Shown: positions 40,728-48,720, numbered from the stretch's first letter. The stretch is 64,000 bases of DNA from a virus (IMGVR_UViG_3300043177_000122:96001-160000); one strand, 5' to 3'. Numbers and translations are program-made. The notes: generated by a model not told the origin, from the letters alone.

Positions 40728-41117
40728 ATGTCATACAGCGAAAAAGTAATTGACCACGCAGAAAACCCACGAAATGTTGGTACATTGGATAAGGATGACC
40801 CAAATGTTGGTACAGGTTTGGTTGGGGCTCCAGCTTGTGGTGATGTTATGCGCCTCCAAATTAAAGTGGATCCTGTAACCGATACCATTATAGATGCTAA
40901 ATTCAAAACTTTTGGTTGTGGTTCTGCCATTGCCGCATCATCATTAGCAACTGAGTGGATCAAGGGTAAAAGCATTGATGAAGCAGAGGCTTTAAAAAAT
41001 TCTGCTATAGTAGAAGAGTTAAGTTTGCCACCAGTCAAGATACATTGCTCAATTCTTGCGGAAGATGCTATTAAGAGTGCCATAGCAGATTTTCGAAAAA
41101 AACAGTCTCAGAAATAA
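40728..41117 (+). CDS. iscU: Fe-S scaffold IscU
   Basis: YSEKVIDH, PACGDVM, FGCGSAIA, LPPVKIHC. Confidence 0.95.
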   Translation: MSYSEKVIDHAENPRNVGTLDKDDPNVGTGLVGAPACGDVMRLQIKVDPVTDTIIDAKFKTFGCGSAIAASSLATEWIKGKSIDEAEALKNSAIVEELSLPPVKIHCSILAEDAIKSAIADFRKKQSQK

Positions 41118-41568
41118 TGCATTATTCCGTATTACAATACGGAGCAATGTATGTTAGGAAAAGACTGGAAAATAGTTAAATGGATTGATAACTTCAATCA
41201 CTTTTAGACCAAAAGAAACATCACTAGAGAAGATTGCAAGACAAGCTTTAGAAGAGTTGGGTATAAAATTTAAAAGCAAATTCTGGATCAATATCAAAGG
41301 CTATTCTCCCAAAGAATATGATTTCTATATTCCGAGCTTAAATCTCTTACTAGAAATCGATGGGGAATATTGGCACTCATTACCTAAAAATGTAAAGAAT
41401 GATAAATACAAAGATGAACTAGCTAAGATTGCAGGATACAAACTTCTTCGTATCCCAGAAAAGTTAGTACTTGTCGATTTGATTAAAAAATCCATAAAGA
41501 AAGAGGAAGTTAATGGCAATGATAATTCTGGGCCAGAGTTGTTGCCCACTATGCAGCAAAATACTTGA
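41117..41568 (+). mobile_element. DUF559/Vsr-like PD-(D/E)xK endonuclease, frameshifted near 41176
   Basis: YDFYIP...LEIDGEYWH...D..KD...GY.LLRI. Confidence 0.65.
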
Positions 41569-41764
41569 AAAGGGAGATGAGTTAAAGGCATATCCAGCTT
41601 TCTTGCCTCAAGATCATCGTTTTGGAAAATTTTCTGGTGCTGCCTTCCATAAAACATGTGCCGAAGCAGATCCTGATTTTACTAGCGTAGAGGATATGTT
41701 TTATGTGTACAAAAAAAATTATGGATGGCCGCCCAAGATTGGCCGCCTAAAAATGGAGTGGTGA
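41513..41764 (+). CDS. Hypothetical Cys-containing protein, frame break at A8 run 41711-41718
   Basis: CPLC...FH..C. Confidence 0.5.
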   Translation: MAMIILGQSCCPLCSKILEKGDELKAYPAFLPQDHRFGKFSGAAFHKTCAEADPDFTSVEDMFYVYKKNYGWPPKIGRLKMEW

Positions 41765-41943
41765 TCTATGAACAATGTTTTCCAGAAGACGGTACAGAGC
41801 CAGAATGGTTCTGGGCAGACAAAGACATGTGGGAAGAATGGAATGCCGCTATGGAAAAGGCAGATCAAGAGCGGAAAGAGCGCATGGAAGAATCCCTAAG
41901 AAGAGAGCGGGAAGCCTGGCGGTATGTGAGGGACGATAACTGA
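41725..41943 (+). CDS. Hypothetical protein
   Basis: 72-aa ORF; 5' end uncertain. Confidence 0.45.
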   Translation: MAAQDWPPKNGVVIYEQCFPEDGTEPEWFWADKDMWEEWNAAMEKADQERKERMEESLRREREAWRYVRDDN

Positions 41944-42127
41944 AGAAGAATTACAAGTAATTATTGAAAAAATTAAAATTCGTTTAGCAACGCCTGAAGG
42001 TCAGGAAGCTCTTAGAAAGGCGGCCGAAGCATCTGCTAAAAGAGTACAAGAGATAAAAGAAATGACTAAAATTCCTTGGGAATGGATGCATAGACCAGTT
42101 GACTTCTAATAACTAAGCATTAACTGT

Positions 42128-42709
42128 ATGTTGCCCTCAAAGATTCGCAGAAGGATACTTAATAAATTGGCCCAAGGCGTCCTGGGCTCACCTGCGTCTC
42201 CACCTTTCCCAACGTCTCCATCGTCTCCTAATGCTCCTACAGAGCCATCTTCGACCATGGCCATCAAGAAGGGGCTTTCACCACCAGCGTCCGATATGAT
42301 GAATTTATCTATTGGATGGGGTACTTGGGCGCAATATATAAATAGTTTAGTAGGGAAATTGGATAAGGCCATTATTGCTGGAACAGAGCAAGAGTATAAT
42401 TTTAAAGATTTGTTCCAAAATAGGTTTCCATCTGGGGTAGATACTAATTATGCTCCACCAAATCCTACAAAAGATCTTATTGCTTTTGGAAGGCTGATAT
42501 TCCAAAATATTATGAATAGCGGTATCCCATTCACAGGGCCTCTAAAGAATGAAGATATGCGTGCTAAAGTGGATTTGCTATTAGGCGCCCCCGAATTAAC
42601 TAAACTGCAACAAGTTAATCAAGCTGGCCCGTTACGTAATGTAGATGTGGATTTGAGTACCGTTAGAAGCGATTTACTTACTCTGAAAAATTCTATTCCA
42701 GTCACATAA
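42128..42709 (+). CDS. Hypothetical (possibly virion) protein with N-terminal ILNKLAQ motif
   Basis: 193-aa ORF; Pro/Ser linker after KLAQ. Confidence 0.65.
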   Translation: MLPSKIRRRILNKLAQGVLGSPASPPFPTSPSSPNAPTEPSSTMAIKKGLSPPASDMMNLSIGWGTWAQYINSLVGKLDKAIIAGTEQEYNFKDLFQNRFPSGVDTNYAPPNPTKDLIAFGRLIFQNIMNSGIPFTGPLKNEDMRAKVDLLLGAPELTKLQQVNQAGPLRNVDVDLSTVRSDLLTLKNSIPVT

Positions 42710-42773
42710 GTTATATTTTGTATTATGTCAAACAAAATTAAATAATGTCAAATAAGTTGATATATGTTTATAT

Positions 42774-43436
42774 ATGCCATATTGTATTCGATGTTATCGT
42801 GATAAATTGTCTTCAGAAATGAAGTCTGCCAAAATATGTCTTTTGTGTGCGGCCAAACGACGAAAATATTATGATAGAAATTCTACTAATCTTAGAAGAA
42901 AATCAAAGAGATATTATAAGAAGACACGAGCTGATAGACTATCTTGGCAAAAGAATTACTATCAAACGAATATAGAAAGTAGAAAGAAGTATAATAAAAA
43001 GTACTATCAAAAACATAAAGAAGATATAATAAAGCACATAATACTGAAAGCAAAACAACGTCGTAAAAATGATCCTGTTTTTAGATTGAGAAAAAGAGTG
43101 TCTGCTGATGTTTGGAGAATGATAAAAACAAATGGTGGAACTAAAAATGGTTCTGTTATTAGGTTTTTGCCCTTTTCAATAAAAGAACTTAAAGAACATC
43201 TTGAAAAACAATTTGAACCATGGATGAATTGGAGTAATTGGGGTGTTTACAGAAAAGATATTTGGGATGACAATGATTCTACCACTTGGACTTGGCAAAT
43301 TGATCATATAATACCACATTGTAATTTTCAATATTCCTCGATGAAAGAGCAGTCTTTTCTAGATTGTTGGTCATTAACTAATTTGCGACCAATCAGCTCT
43401 AAAGAAAATCTAGAAAAGAATAGGCGAATTAAATGA
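42774..43436 (+). mobile_element. HNH homing endonuclease
   Basis: K/R-rich repeats, WQIDHIIP...CWSLTNLRP...N. Confidence 0.8.
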
Positions 43437-44224
43437 GCACCTCTAAACTAAAAGACCGTATTGAACGATATCAATCGGTTACCGACCAAAGATTACTCGA
43501 CCGAGTACCAATTATTATTTGTGTCAATGGGCGAGGTTTTTCTAAAGTAACTCAATTGCTCGACAAGCCTTATTGTCCTAAATTCGCTGAGTGCATTCTT
43601 TCCACAACTTTGCGCCTGTGTAATGATGTAGAAGGTGCTTTATTTGCTTATCAATTCAATGATGAGATTGTTGTAGTAACTCGTAATGATCAAAATATTG
43701 ATACAAATCCATGGTATGATAATAAGCTACAAAAAATCTGTTCAGTAACCTCCGCTATTGCTACCATGCATTTTAATGATTGTGCAACTACTGTGGATCT
43801 TAATATGACTGGAGACCCTATTTTTACTTCCCAAGTTTTTACGGCGCCAAATATAGGAGAAGCTATCAATACTATTATTTACAAACAGCAACAAAATTTT
43901 CACACATCTATTCAGTCTGCTTGTTTGTATGAGCTTATTAGGAAGTACGATAAGAATACCATTAAAGAAATGATGGCCGGGCTGAGCATTGATGAGAAAG
44001 TAGATTTGTTAGCACAGGAGGCAGATATTAACTTCAATGATTATCCTACCTCTTTTCGTCGAGGGGTGGCAGCCTATAGAGTTCCAATTGTATCTGGTGA
44101 ATCCATGAGGAACAAATGGTATCTCAATACGGAGCCGCCAATCTTTACCAAAGATCAATCATTCCTGACTAATATCTTTAAGAATGGCGCCGATATCTTC
44201 AGACAGGAGAGTTTTTCAAAATAA
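43433..44224 (+). CDS. Thg1-like (tRNA-His guanylyltransferase / 3'-5' polymerase) protein
   Basis: PIIICVNGRGF and AYQFNDEI motifs; first catalytic Asp appears as Asn. Confidence 0.8.
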   Translation: MSTSKLKDRIERYQSVTDQRLLDRVPIIICVNGRGFSKVTQLLDKPYCPKFAECILSTTLRLCNDVEGALFAYQFNDEIVVVTRNDQNIDTNPWYDNKLQKICSVTSAIATMHFNDCATTVDLNMTGDPIFTSQVFTAPNIGEAINTIIYKQQQNFHTSIQSACLYELIRKYDKNTIKEMMAGLSIDEKVDLLAQEADINFNDYPTSFRRGVAAYRVPIVSGESMRNKWYLNTEPPIFTKDQSFLTNIFKNGADIFRQESFSK

Positions 44225-44253
44225 TTCGGTTAATTTTTTAGGATTACCGGACG

Positions 44254-44281
44254 TTGACATCTAGGCATAAGTGGTTATATT
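44254..44281 (+). promoter_or_regulatory. Promoter of the tRNA-Thr array
   Basis: TTGACA-N16-TATATT. Confidence 0.6.
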
Positions 44282-44294
44282 AGATGTACGATAA

Positions 44295-44368
44295 GCTGGC
44301 TTAGTATAATGGTATTATTCCGCTCTTGTAATGCGGAGAACCGAGTTCGATTCTCGGCGCCAGCTCCA
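44295..44368 (+). tRNA. tRNA-Thr(UGU)
   Basis: GCTGGC/GCCAGC acceptor, loop CTTGTAA, TTCGATT T-loop, U73, CCA. Confidence 0.88.
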
Positions 44369-44384
44369 AATATTAGAGTAATAA

Positions 44385-44459
44385 GCCCACGTAGTATAAC
44401 GGTTATTACCCGTCTTTGGTAAAGACGAAAATTGAGTTCGACTCTCAACTTGGGCTCCA
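44385..44459 (+). tRNA. tRNA-Thr(GGU)
   Basis: CGTCT/AGACG stem, loop TTGGTAA, U73, CCA. Confidence 0.88.
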
Positions 44460-44462
44460 TAA

Positions 44463-44537
44463 GCTGTAGTAGTACAATGGTACTGCACTTCCTTGGTACG
44501 GAAGAGACTACAGGTTCGATTCCCGTCTACAGCTCCA
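44463..44537 (+). tRNA. tRNA-Thr(GGU)
   Basis: GCTGTAG/CTACAGC acceptor, CTTCC/GGAAG stem, loop TTGGTAC, U73, CCA. Confidence 0.88.
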
Positions 44538-44538
44538 A

Positions 44539-44649
44539 GCTTTTATCTAATGCTAGTAAGACTAGCACCGGCAGAACCCCCGGTAACAGACCTGACAGTG
44601 GCAGTCGAATTAACGATAGATGGTTGAAGGATGTTTGATAAAAGTCACC
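44539..44649 (+). ncRNA. Unidentified structured RNA inside the tRNA array
   Basis: 9-bp closing stem GCTTTTATC/GATAAAAGT enclosing hairpins TGCTAGT/ACTAGCA, CCGG/CCGG and TGAC/GTCG. Confidence 0.5.
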
Positions 44650-44650
44650 T

Positions 44651-44724
44651 GCTGATATCGTATAGTGGAATTACGCTGCCCTCGTAACGCAGACACATGA
44701 GTTCGATTCTCATTATCAGCTCCA
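44651..44724 (+). tRNA. tRNA-Thr(CGU)
   Basis: GCTGATA/TATCAGC acceptor, loop CTCGTAA, U73, CCA. Confidence 0.88.
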
Positions 44725-44750
44725 TAGCTACGCAAGGAGCTATTTTTGTT
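44724..44750 (+). terminator. Rho-independent terminator after the tRNA array
   Basis: ATAGCT/AGCTAT stem with GCAA loop and T-tract. Confidence 0.65.
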
Positions 44751-44762
44751 TAAGAGGCTATT

Positions 44763-44993
44763 ATGATTCCTTTTGAAAGAGTAGCGGAATGTATTCGCAA
44801 ATTGCAAGCTATAGTGGATGTTGAATCTAATTCTCTTAAAAAGCGTACATATAAAGATCTTTTAGAAGGACTGAAGTTAGCATATGACTCTATTGTTAAA
44901 GACAATATTCCATGTCCGCCAGAAATGGAGGAATCAGTAGGTAAATCACTTAAAGTTATTGAAGATCTATATGCTAGAATTGCGTGCAATTAA
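44763..44993 (+). CDS. Hypothetical protein
   Basis: GAGG SD, 76 aa. Confidence 0.6.
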   Translation: MIPFERVAECIRKLQAIVDVESNSLKKRTYKDLLEGLKLAYDSIVKDNIPCPPEMEESVGKSLKVIEDLYARIACN

Positions 44994-45226
44994 CAAGTAG
45001 AATCATGAATAAATTATTTGATGCACTGTTGATAATTGACCATTTTGGGTGGAAAAACGATTTGGATCCAAAATTCAAACCATTTTTCGACAAGGTATAT
45101 GATTATGCCGCAAATCTTTCAGATAGCGATCTTACTAAAGAAGATTTAGCTGTTGTTTCTTTGATAGATCGTATTTTAGAAGAGAAATTTCAAGCGCGTG
45201 ATGCAAAGGATTTTAACAATAACTAA
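44984..45226 (+). CDS. Hypothetical protein
   Basis: 80-aa ORF (alternative start 45005). Confidence 0.55.
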   Translation: MQLTSRIMNKLFDALLIIDHFGWKNDLDPKFKPFFDKVYDYAANLSDSDLTKEDLAVVSLIDRILEEKFQARDAKDFNNN

Positions 45227-45227
45227 T

Positions 45228-45578
45228 GGGGATGACATAGATTCGACGTGGTTTCGAATTATCGAAATGATGCAAACAGAGGATGATTGCCCCTCCAAAA
45301 GTAATCAACGTATAAATGCAAACGATAATGCATTTGCAATGGCCGCCTGAGGGCACCATTCGTTCCTAGATAAGACTGCTTGAGTAATCAATGGAACGCC
45401 AACCCACAAAGCTGGTTGATGAATATGGCTACGATGTTCAACAACAAGATTAACAGTAGATAGCTAGCCGGAGCGAATTCTTGCAGCGTTGTTGATAACG
45501 CCAATATCAACTAAGTTTGTGAATGAGTTTTGATAAGGGCATATCGCGGACTCGGCTGCAATGCCGACATCTCCACCA
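45228..45578 (+). ncRNA. ssrA: tmRNA, tag (A)ANDNAFAMAA*
   Basis: GGGGATG/CATCTCC-ACCA acceptor with G3.U70, ATTCGAC near the 5' end, tag ORF 45318-45350. Confidence 0.92.
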
Positions 45579-45621
45579 TTTTAAACTGCACATCTCCACA
45601 TGCGCCGATATATAGTTGTGT

Positions 45622-46171
45622 ATGGAAAAGAAAATCATACTAAACTGCGCTCATTGTGGAGAATCATTTGAAAAAGAGGCTCGTGAGCATCGCCGACAAT
45701 TAAAAGAAGGAAAAGATGTTTTCTACTGCTCTCTTTCTTGCGTATGTAAAGAGCGAAATAAAAACAACCCTCCTAAAGGTAATGTAAAAAAATCTTCAAG
45801 CAGATAACCGAAGAGATGAGTACACTCAGTTTAGATGGTTTGTTAATCGTGGTAATTACAGAGGTAAGAGGAAGAGAAAATACGGATGCGATCTAACTGT
45901 AGAGTTTCTTAAAGAATTGTGGGATCAGCAAAAGGGCGTTTGCCCATTTACTGGATGGCAATTGATTCTACCACAAGATTCTTCTTATGCTTGGGATGAA
46001 AAGAACCCAGCTAATGCTTCTCTGGACAGAATAGATAATTCTAAGGGCTATATGCAGGGCAATGTTAGATTCATTTCAGTTATGGCCAATTTAGCAAGAC
46101 AAACATTTACAGACGAACAGGTTAGAAACTTTTGCAAAGCCGTGGTAACAAATGAAATGGCCACTTCGTGA
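45622..46171 (+). mobile_element. HNH-type endonuclease split by an A7 indel (45786-45792)
   Basis: CAHC...YCSLSC, then LWDQQKGVCPFTG...ASLDRIDNSKGYMQGNV. Confidence 0.75.
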
Positions 46172-46634
46172 TAAAACGCCCGCAATTCCTGAAGAAAGAG
46201 CTGTGGGCGATTTTGCTTTTAGGCGCTCCTTCTATTATCATCCCGGAGTAGACGTTTATTGCGGATTTGGGCAAGAAATACAGGCGATTGAAGAAGGTGA
46301 AGTTGTTCACATGGAAAACTTTACTGGGCCTAATGCTAATCCTCCTAGTCCATGGTGGCTAGAAACCTGGAGTATTCTTATTGAAGGAGCTTCAGGCGTT
46401 TTAGGATATTGTGAAATTAAACCATTTCCACATATTAAAATTGGAGTCAAGGTTAAAGCGGGCGAACTAATCGCTACTGTTATTCCTGTTCTTAAAAAAG
46501 ATAAAGGTAATGGTACGACCATGCTTCACTTTGAACACTACGAAACTGGAACTAGACACCATGTAACGTGGGAATTAGACACCATCAAACCCGAAGAATT
46601 AAAAAACTCTCGTTATTTGCTAGAAAAAAAATAA
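46152..46634 (+). CDS. M23-family peptidase-like protein
   Basis: HPGVD (HxxxD) and MLHFE motifs. Confidence 0.7.
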   Translation: MKWPLRDKTPAIPEERAVGDFAFRRSFYYHPGVDVYCGFGQEIQAIEEGEVVHMENFTGPNANPPSPWWLETWSILIEGASGVLGYCEIKPFPHIKIGVKVKAGELIATVIPVLKKDKGNGTTMLHFEHYETGTRHHVTWELDTIKPEELKNSRYLLEKK

Positions 46635-46663
46635 TCAACCAATAATTGGATATATACATCGTT

Positions 46664-47260
46664 ATGAGCTATCTATAGAACCATCTAATTAAGCAAATGA
46701 AAGAGTGTCCACAAACGGATACTCAATCTGTGTATGAACACGGTGTCTCTGTAAAAGAGCACATTTTTGAATTGATTTCATTTTTAAAAACAGGACAAGT
46801 GCCTGAAGGTTGGAGATTACCTGACTGGATGCATATGTATCGAGAGCAGATTCTAGCCTCGCTTCTTCTAGAGGATATCATCAAAGCCTACGCAGTCTTC
46901 CATGATTGTGGTAAACCTTATTGTCTAATAATAGATGATAAGGGCAGAAGACATTTTCCTGACCATCCAGAGATATCACACAACGTTTGGCTTGCTGTTA
47001 GCAATAACAAAACGATTGCTAAGTTAATTCTTATGGATATGAAAATTCATACTATGAAGGCAGCAGATGTTGAAGAATTCTGTCAGCATCAAGAAGCTAT
47101 CACTCTCCTCATTGCAGGATTAGCTGAAGTACATAGTAATGCAAAGATGTTTGGCGGCATTGATTCTGAATCCTTCAAAATCAAATGGAGTCAAATTAAC
47201 AAACGTGGCAAAGCAATTTGTCGTAAACTATTTGGAGAACATCATGTGTCTATAGGTTAA
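46664..47260 (+). CDS. HD-domain phosphohydrolase with in-frame TAG at codon 5 (46676-46678); downstream in-frame ATG at 46697
   Basis: EHG...FHDCGK...FPDH; ATG 46664 lies 7 nt after the GATATATA motif. Confidence 0.75.
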
Positions 47261-47594
47261 AGAAGGCGATAAGCTTTATGTTATTACTCGTGCAGATTTG
47301 GAACCGGGTTATCAAGCAGTGCAGAGTATGCATGCATTGAGACAATTTACGGCAGAGCATCCTGAGGTCGATAAGGCATGGTTTGAGCAATCAAACTATC
47401 TTGGACTTCTTTCGGTGCAGAATGAACAAGAACTCCTGCAGTTGTTAGAACAAGCAAACAACCAAGGGATTCAAGCTTCAGCTTTCCGAGAACCCGATAT
47501 TGATAATCAAATGACAGCCATTGCGTTATCACCTGGCCCTAAGTCTAAAAAGCTTTGTAGCCGTTTACCACTAGCATTAAGAGGTAAGCCATGA
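47244..47594 (+). CDS. Pth2-like peptidyl-tRNA hydrolase with in-frame TAG at codon 4 (47253-47255)
   Basis: GGAGA SD, ATG TGT CTA TAG GTT..., then KLYVITRADL...QAVQSMHA...REPD...TAIAL. Confidence 0.78.
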
Positions 47595-47842
47595 GCAAAT
47601 GGATTGATAAAGAGCGTGGGCCCGAATGTTTCTGTGGCATGCCAACTGGAGTATATATTAGTGAAGATGGTAAGGCATGGTTAATGTGTATCTTTCATGA
47701 ATATGAAGCGGGAGCAATGTTCCCGCTCCCTAGAGATGGAAGACCTGATGCCTGGCCTGATATTCCTCGTGAAGAGATAAATGAGCTAATGAAACGAGGA
47801 GCAGAAGAAGATGAACAAGAACCTATTTCAGAAGATGGATAA
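47591..47842 (+). CDS. Hypothetical protein
   Basis: PECFCG...CIFH; coupled ORF. Confidence 0.6.
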   Translation: MSKWIDKERGPECFCGMPTGVYISEDGKAWLMCIFHEYEAGAMFPLPRDGRPDAWPDIPREEINELMKRGAEEDEQEPISEDG

Positions 47843-47996
47843 AAAAGAATACGATTACTGCTCATGTTCGGGCCATTGCTGTGACAAACCAGAGCGATTT
47901 TGCCCTGTTCACGTTTGCGAAGCAGAAAATTTCTGTGAAGAATGCTTTGTTTCAGAATGTGCTAATTGCCACAAATCATGTGCGTGTGACCTATGA
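47835..47996 (+). CDS. Cys-rich metallothionein-like small protein
   Basis: 12 Cys and 3 His in 53 aa. Confidence 0.55.
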   Translation: MDKKEYDYCSCSGHCCDKPERFCPVHVCEAENFCEECFVSECANCHKSCACDL

Positions 47997-48346
47997 AAAA
48001 GACTAGTATAGCATCTTTGCAAGAACGTTTAACTGATTGGTTGCCATGGGATGAAGCTATGTATCAGGTTGGAGCTACTCTTGGTTTCTGGCCTGAGTTT
48101 GGCGCACCTCATGATAACGATCCGTGGCATGGCGTTAAAGACGTTATGCACACTAGAAAACATGAACCGCTAGGTGCTATACTGGAATGGTTTCTCAAAG
48201 ATTTGGTTGAAGTGGGTTGTCTTGAATCAAAAACAGTCGAACTTGAATTCGAATTTTCAAGTGGGAAAAAGACCACGATTCCAATCGCGCATTATCGTTG
48301 GAATGTAAAATATAAAGGACCGGCAGATTTAATATCAATGTTATAA
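47993..48346 (+). CDS. Hypothetical protein
   Basis: 117-aa coupled ORF. Confidence 0.6.
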   Translation: MKKTSIASLQERLTDWLPWDEAMYQVGATLGFWPEFGAPHDNDPWHGVKDVMHTRKHEPLGAILEWFLKDLVEVGCLESKTVELEFEFSSGKKTTIPIAHYRWNVKYKGPADLISML

Positions 48347-48347
48347 T
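48339..48347 (+). promoter_or_regulatory. Extended -10 promoter for the CUA-tRNA pair
   Basis: TG-T-TATAAT, 5 nt before the first tRNA. Confidence 0.6.
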
Positions 48348-48352
48348 GTAAT

Positions 48353-48426
48353 CCGCTCTTGGTATAGTGGCTGTGCCGTCGACTCTAAATCGACAGAGCC
48401 GTGTTCAAATCACGGAGAGCGGGCCA
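48353..48426 (+). tRNA. Amber suppressor tRNA(CUA), C1-G72, G73
   Basis: CCGCTCT/AGAGCGG acceptor, perfect GTCGA/TCGAC stem with loop CTCTAAA, TTCAAAT T-loop, CCA. Confidence 0.88.
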
Positions 48427-48436
48427 AATAATATAT

Positions 48437-48508
48437 GCGCCGTTAGCTCAGTGGTAGAGCGGGAGCCTCTAAAACTCACGGTCGAGGGTTCAAATCCCTC
48501 ACGGCGCA
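48437..48508 (+). tRNA. Amber suppressor tRNA(CUA), G1-C72, A73, CCA not encoded
   Basis: GCGCCGT/ACGGCGC acceptor, canonical D-arm, loop CTCTAAA on a weak stem (GAG/CTC plus two mismatches). Confidence 0.78.
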
Positions 48509-48537
48509 CAAACTACTATTATGATATATAATCTAGC

Positions 48538-48720
48538 ATGAACAAATTTATGACTAGATTAGAAATGCAAACACGTGTTAGAACAATTCGAGAAGAATTG
48601 GAAAATAGGAATAAAACTGGTATGGCCAAAATGGCAACCGACGATGGTGCCCCTATATCTACTGAAGACTTGCAAAATGAAATGTTTTCATTGATTTACA
48701 GATTGAGTAAATTTGAATAA
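48538..48720 (+). CDS. Hypothetical protein
   Basis: 60 aa; GATATATA 7 nt before ATG. Confidence 0.6.
   Translation: MNKFMTRLEMQTRVRTIREELENRNKTGMAKMATDDGAPISTEDLQNEMFSLIYRLSKFE

Noticed and set aside
41155-41175. Two TAGs upstream of the DUF559-like ORF as readthrough sites
   Set aside because: A single missing T near 41176 gives a continuous RKRLENSLNGLITS reading from ATG 41117, which is simpler.
44539-44649. SAM-I/cobalamin riboswitch or twister ribozyme
   Set aside because: Only scattered resemblance; conserved cores (kink-turn GA pairs, GGGAA/AANCCC, GGUNNCAAGCCC) are missing, and the position inside a tRNA array does not suit a riboswitch.
45318-45350. Host assignment from the tmRNA tag or from IscU/DksA similarity
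   Set aside because: The tag is generic and I cannot run phylogenies; the host remains undetermined.
48353-48508. Pyrrolysine tRNAs
   Set aside because: Both have standard 5-bp anticodon-arm geometry, GG D-loops and TTC T-loops, unlike tRNA-Pyl; no pyl genes are in the window.
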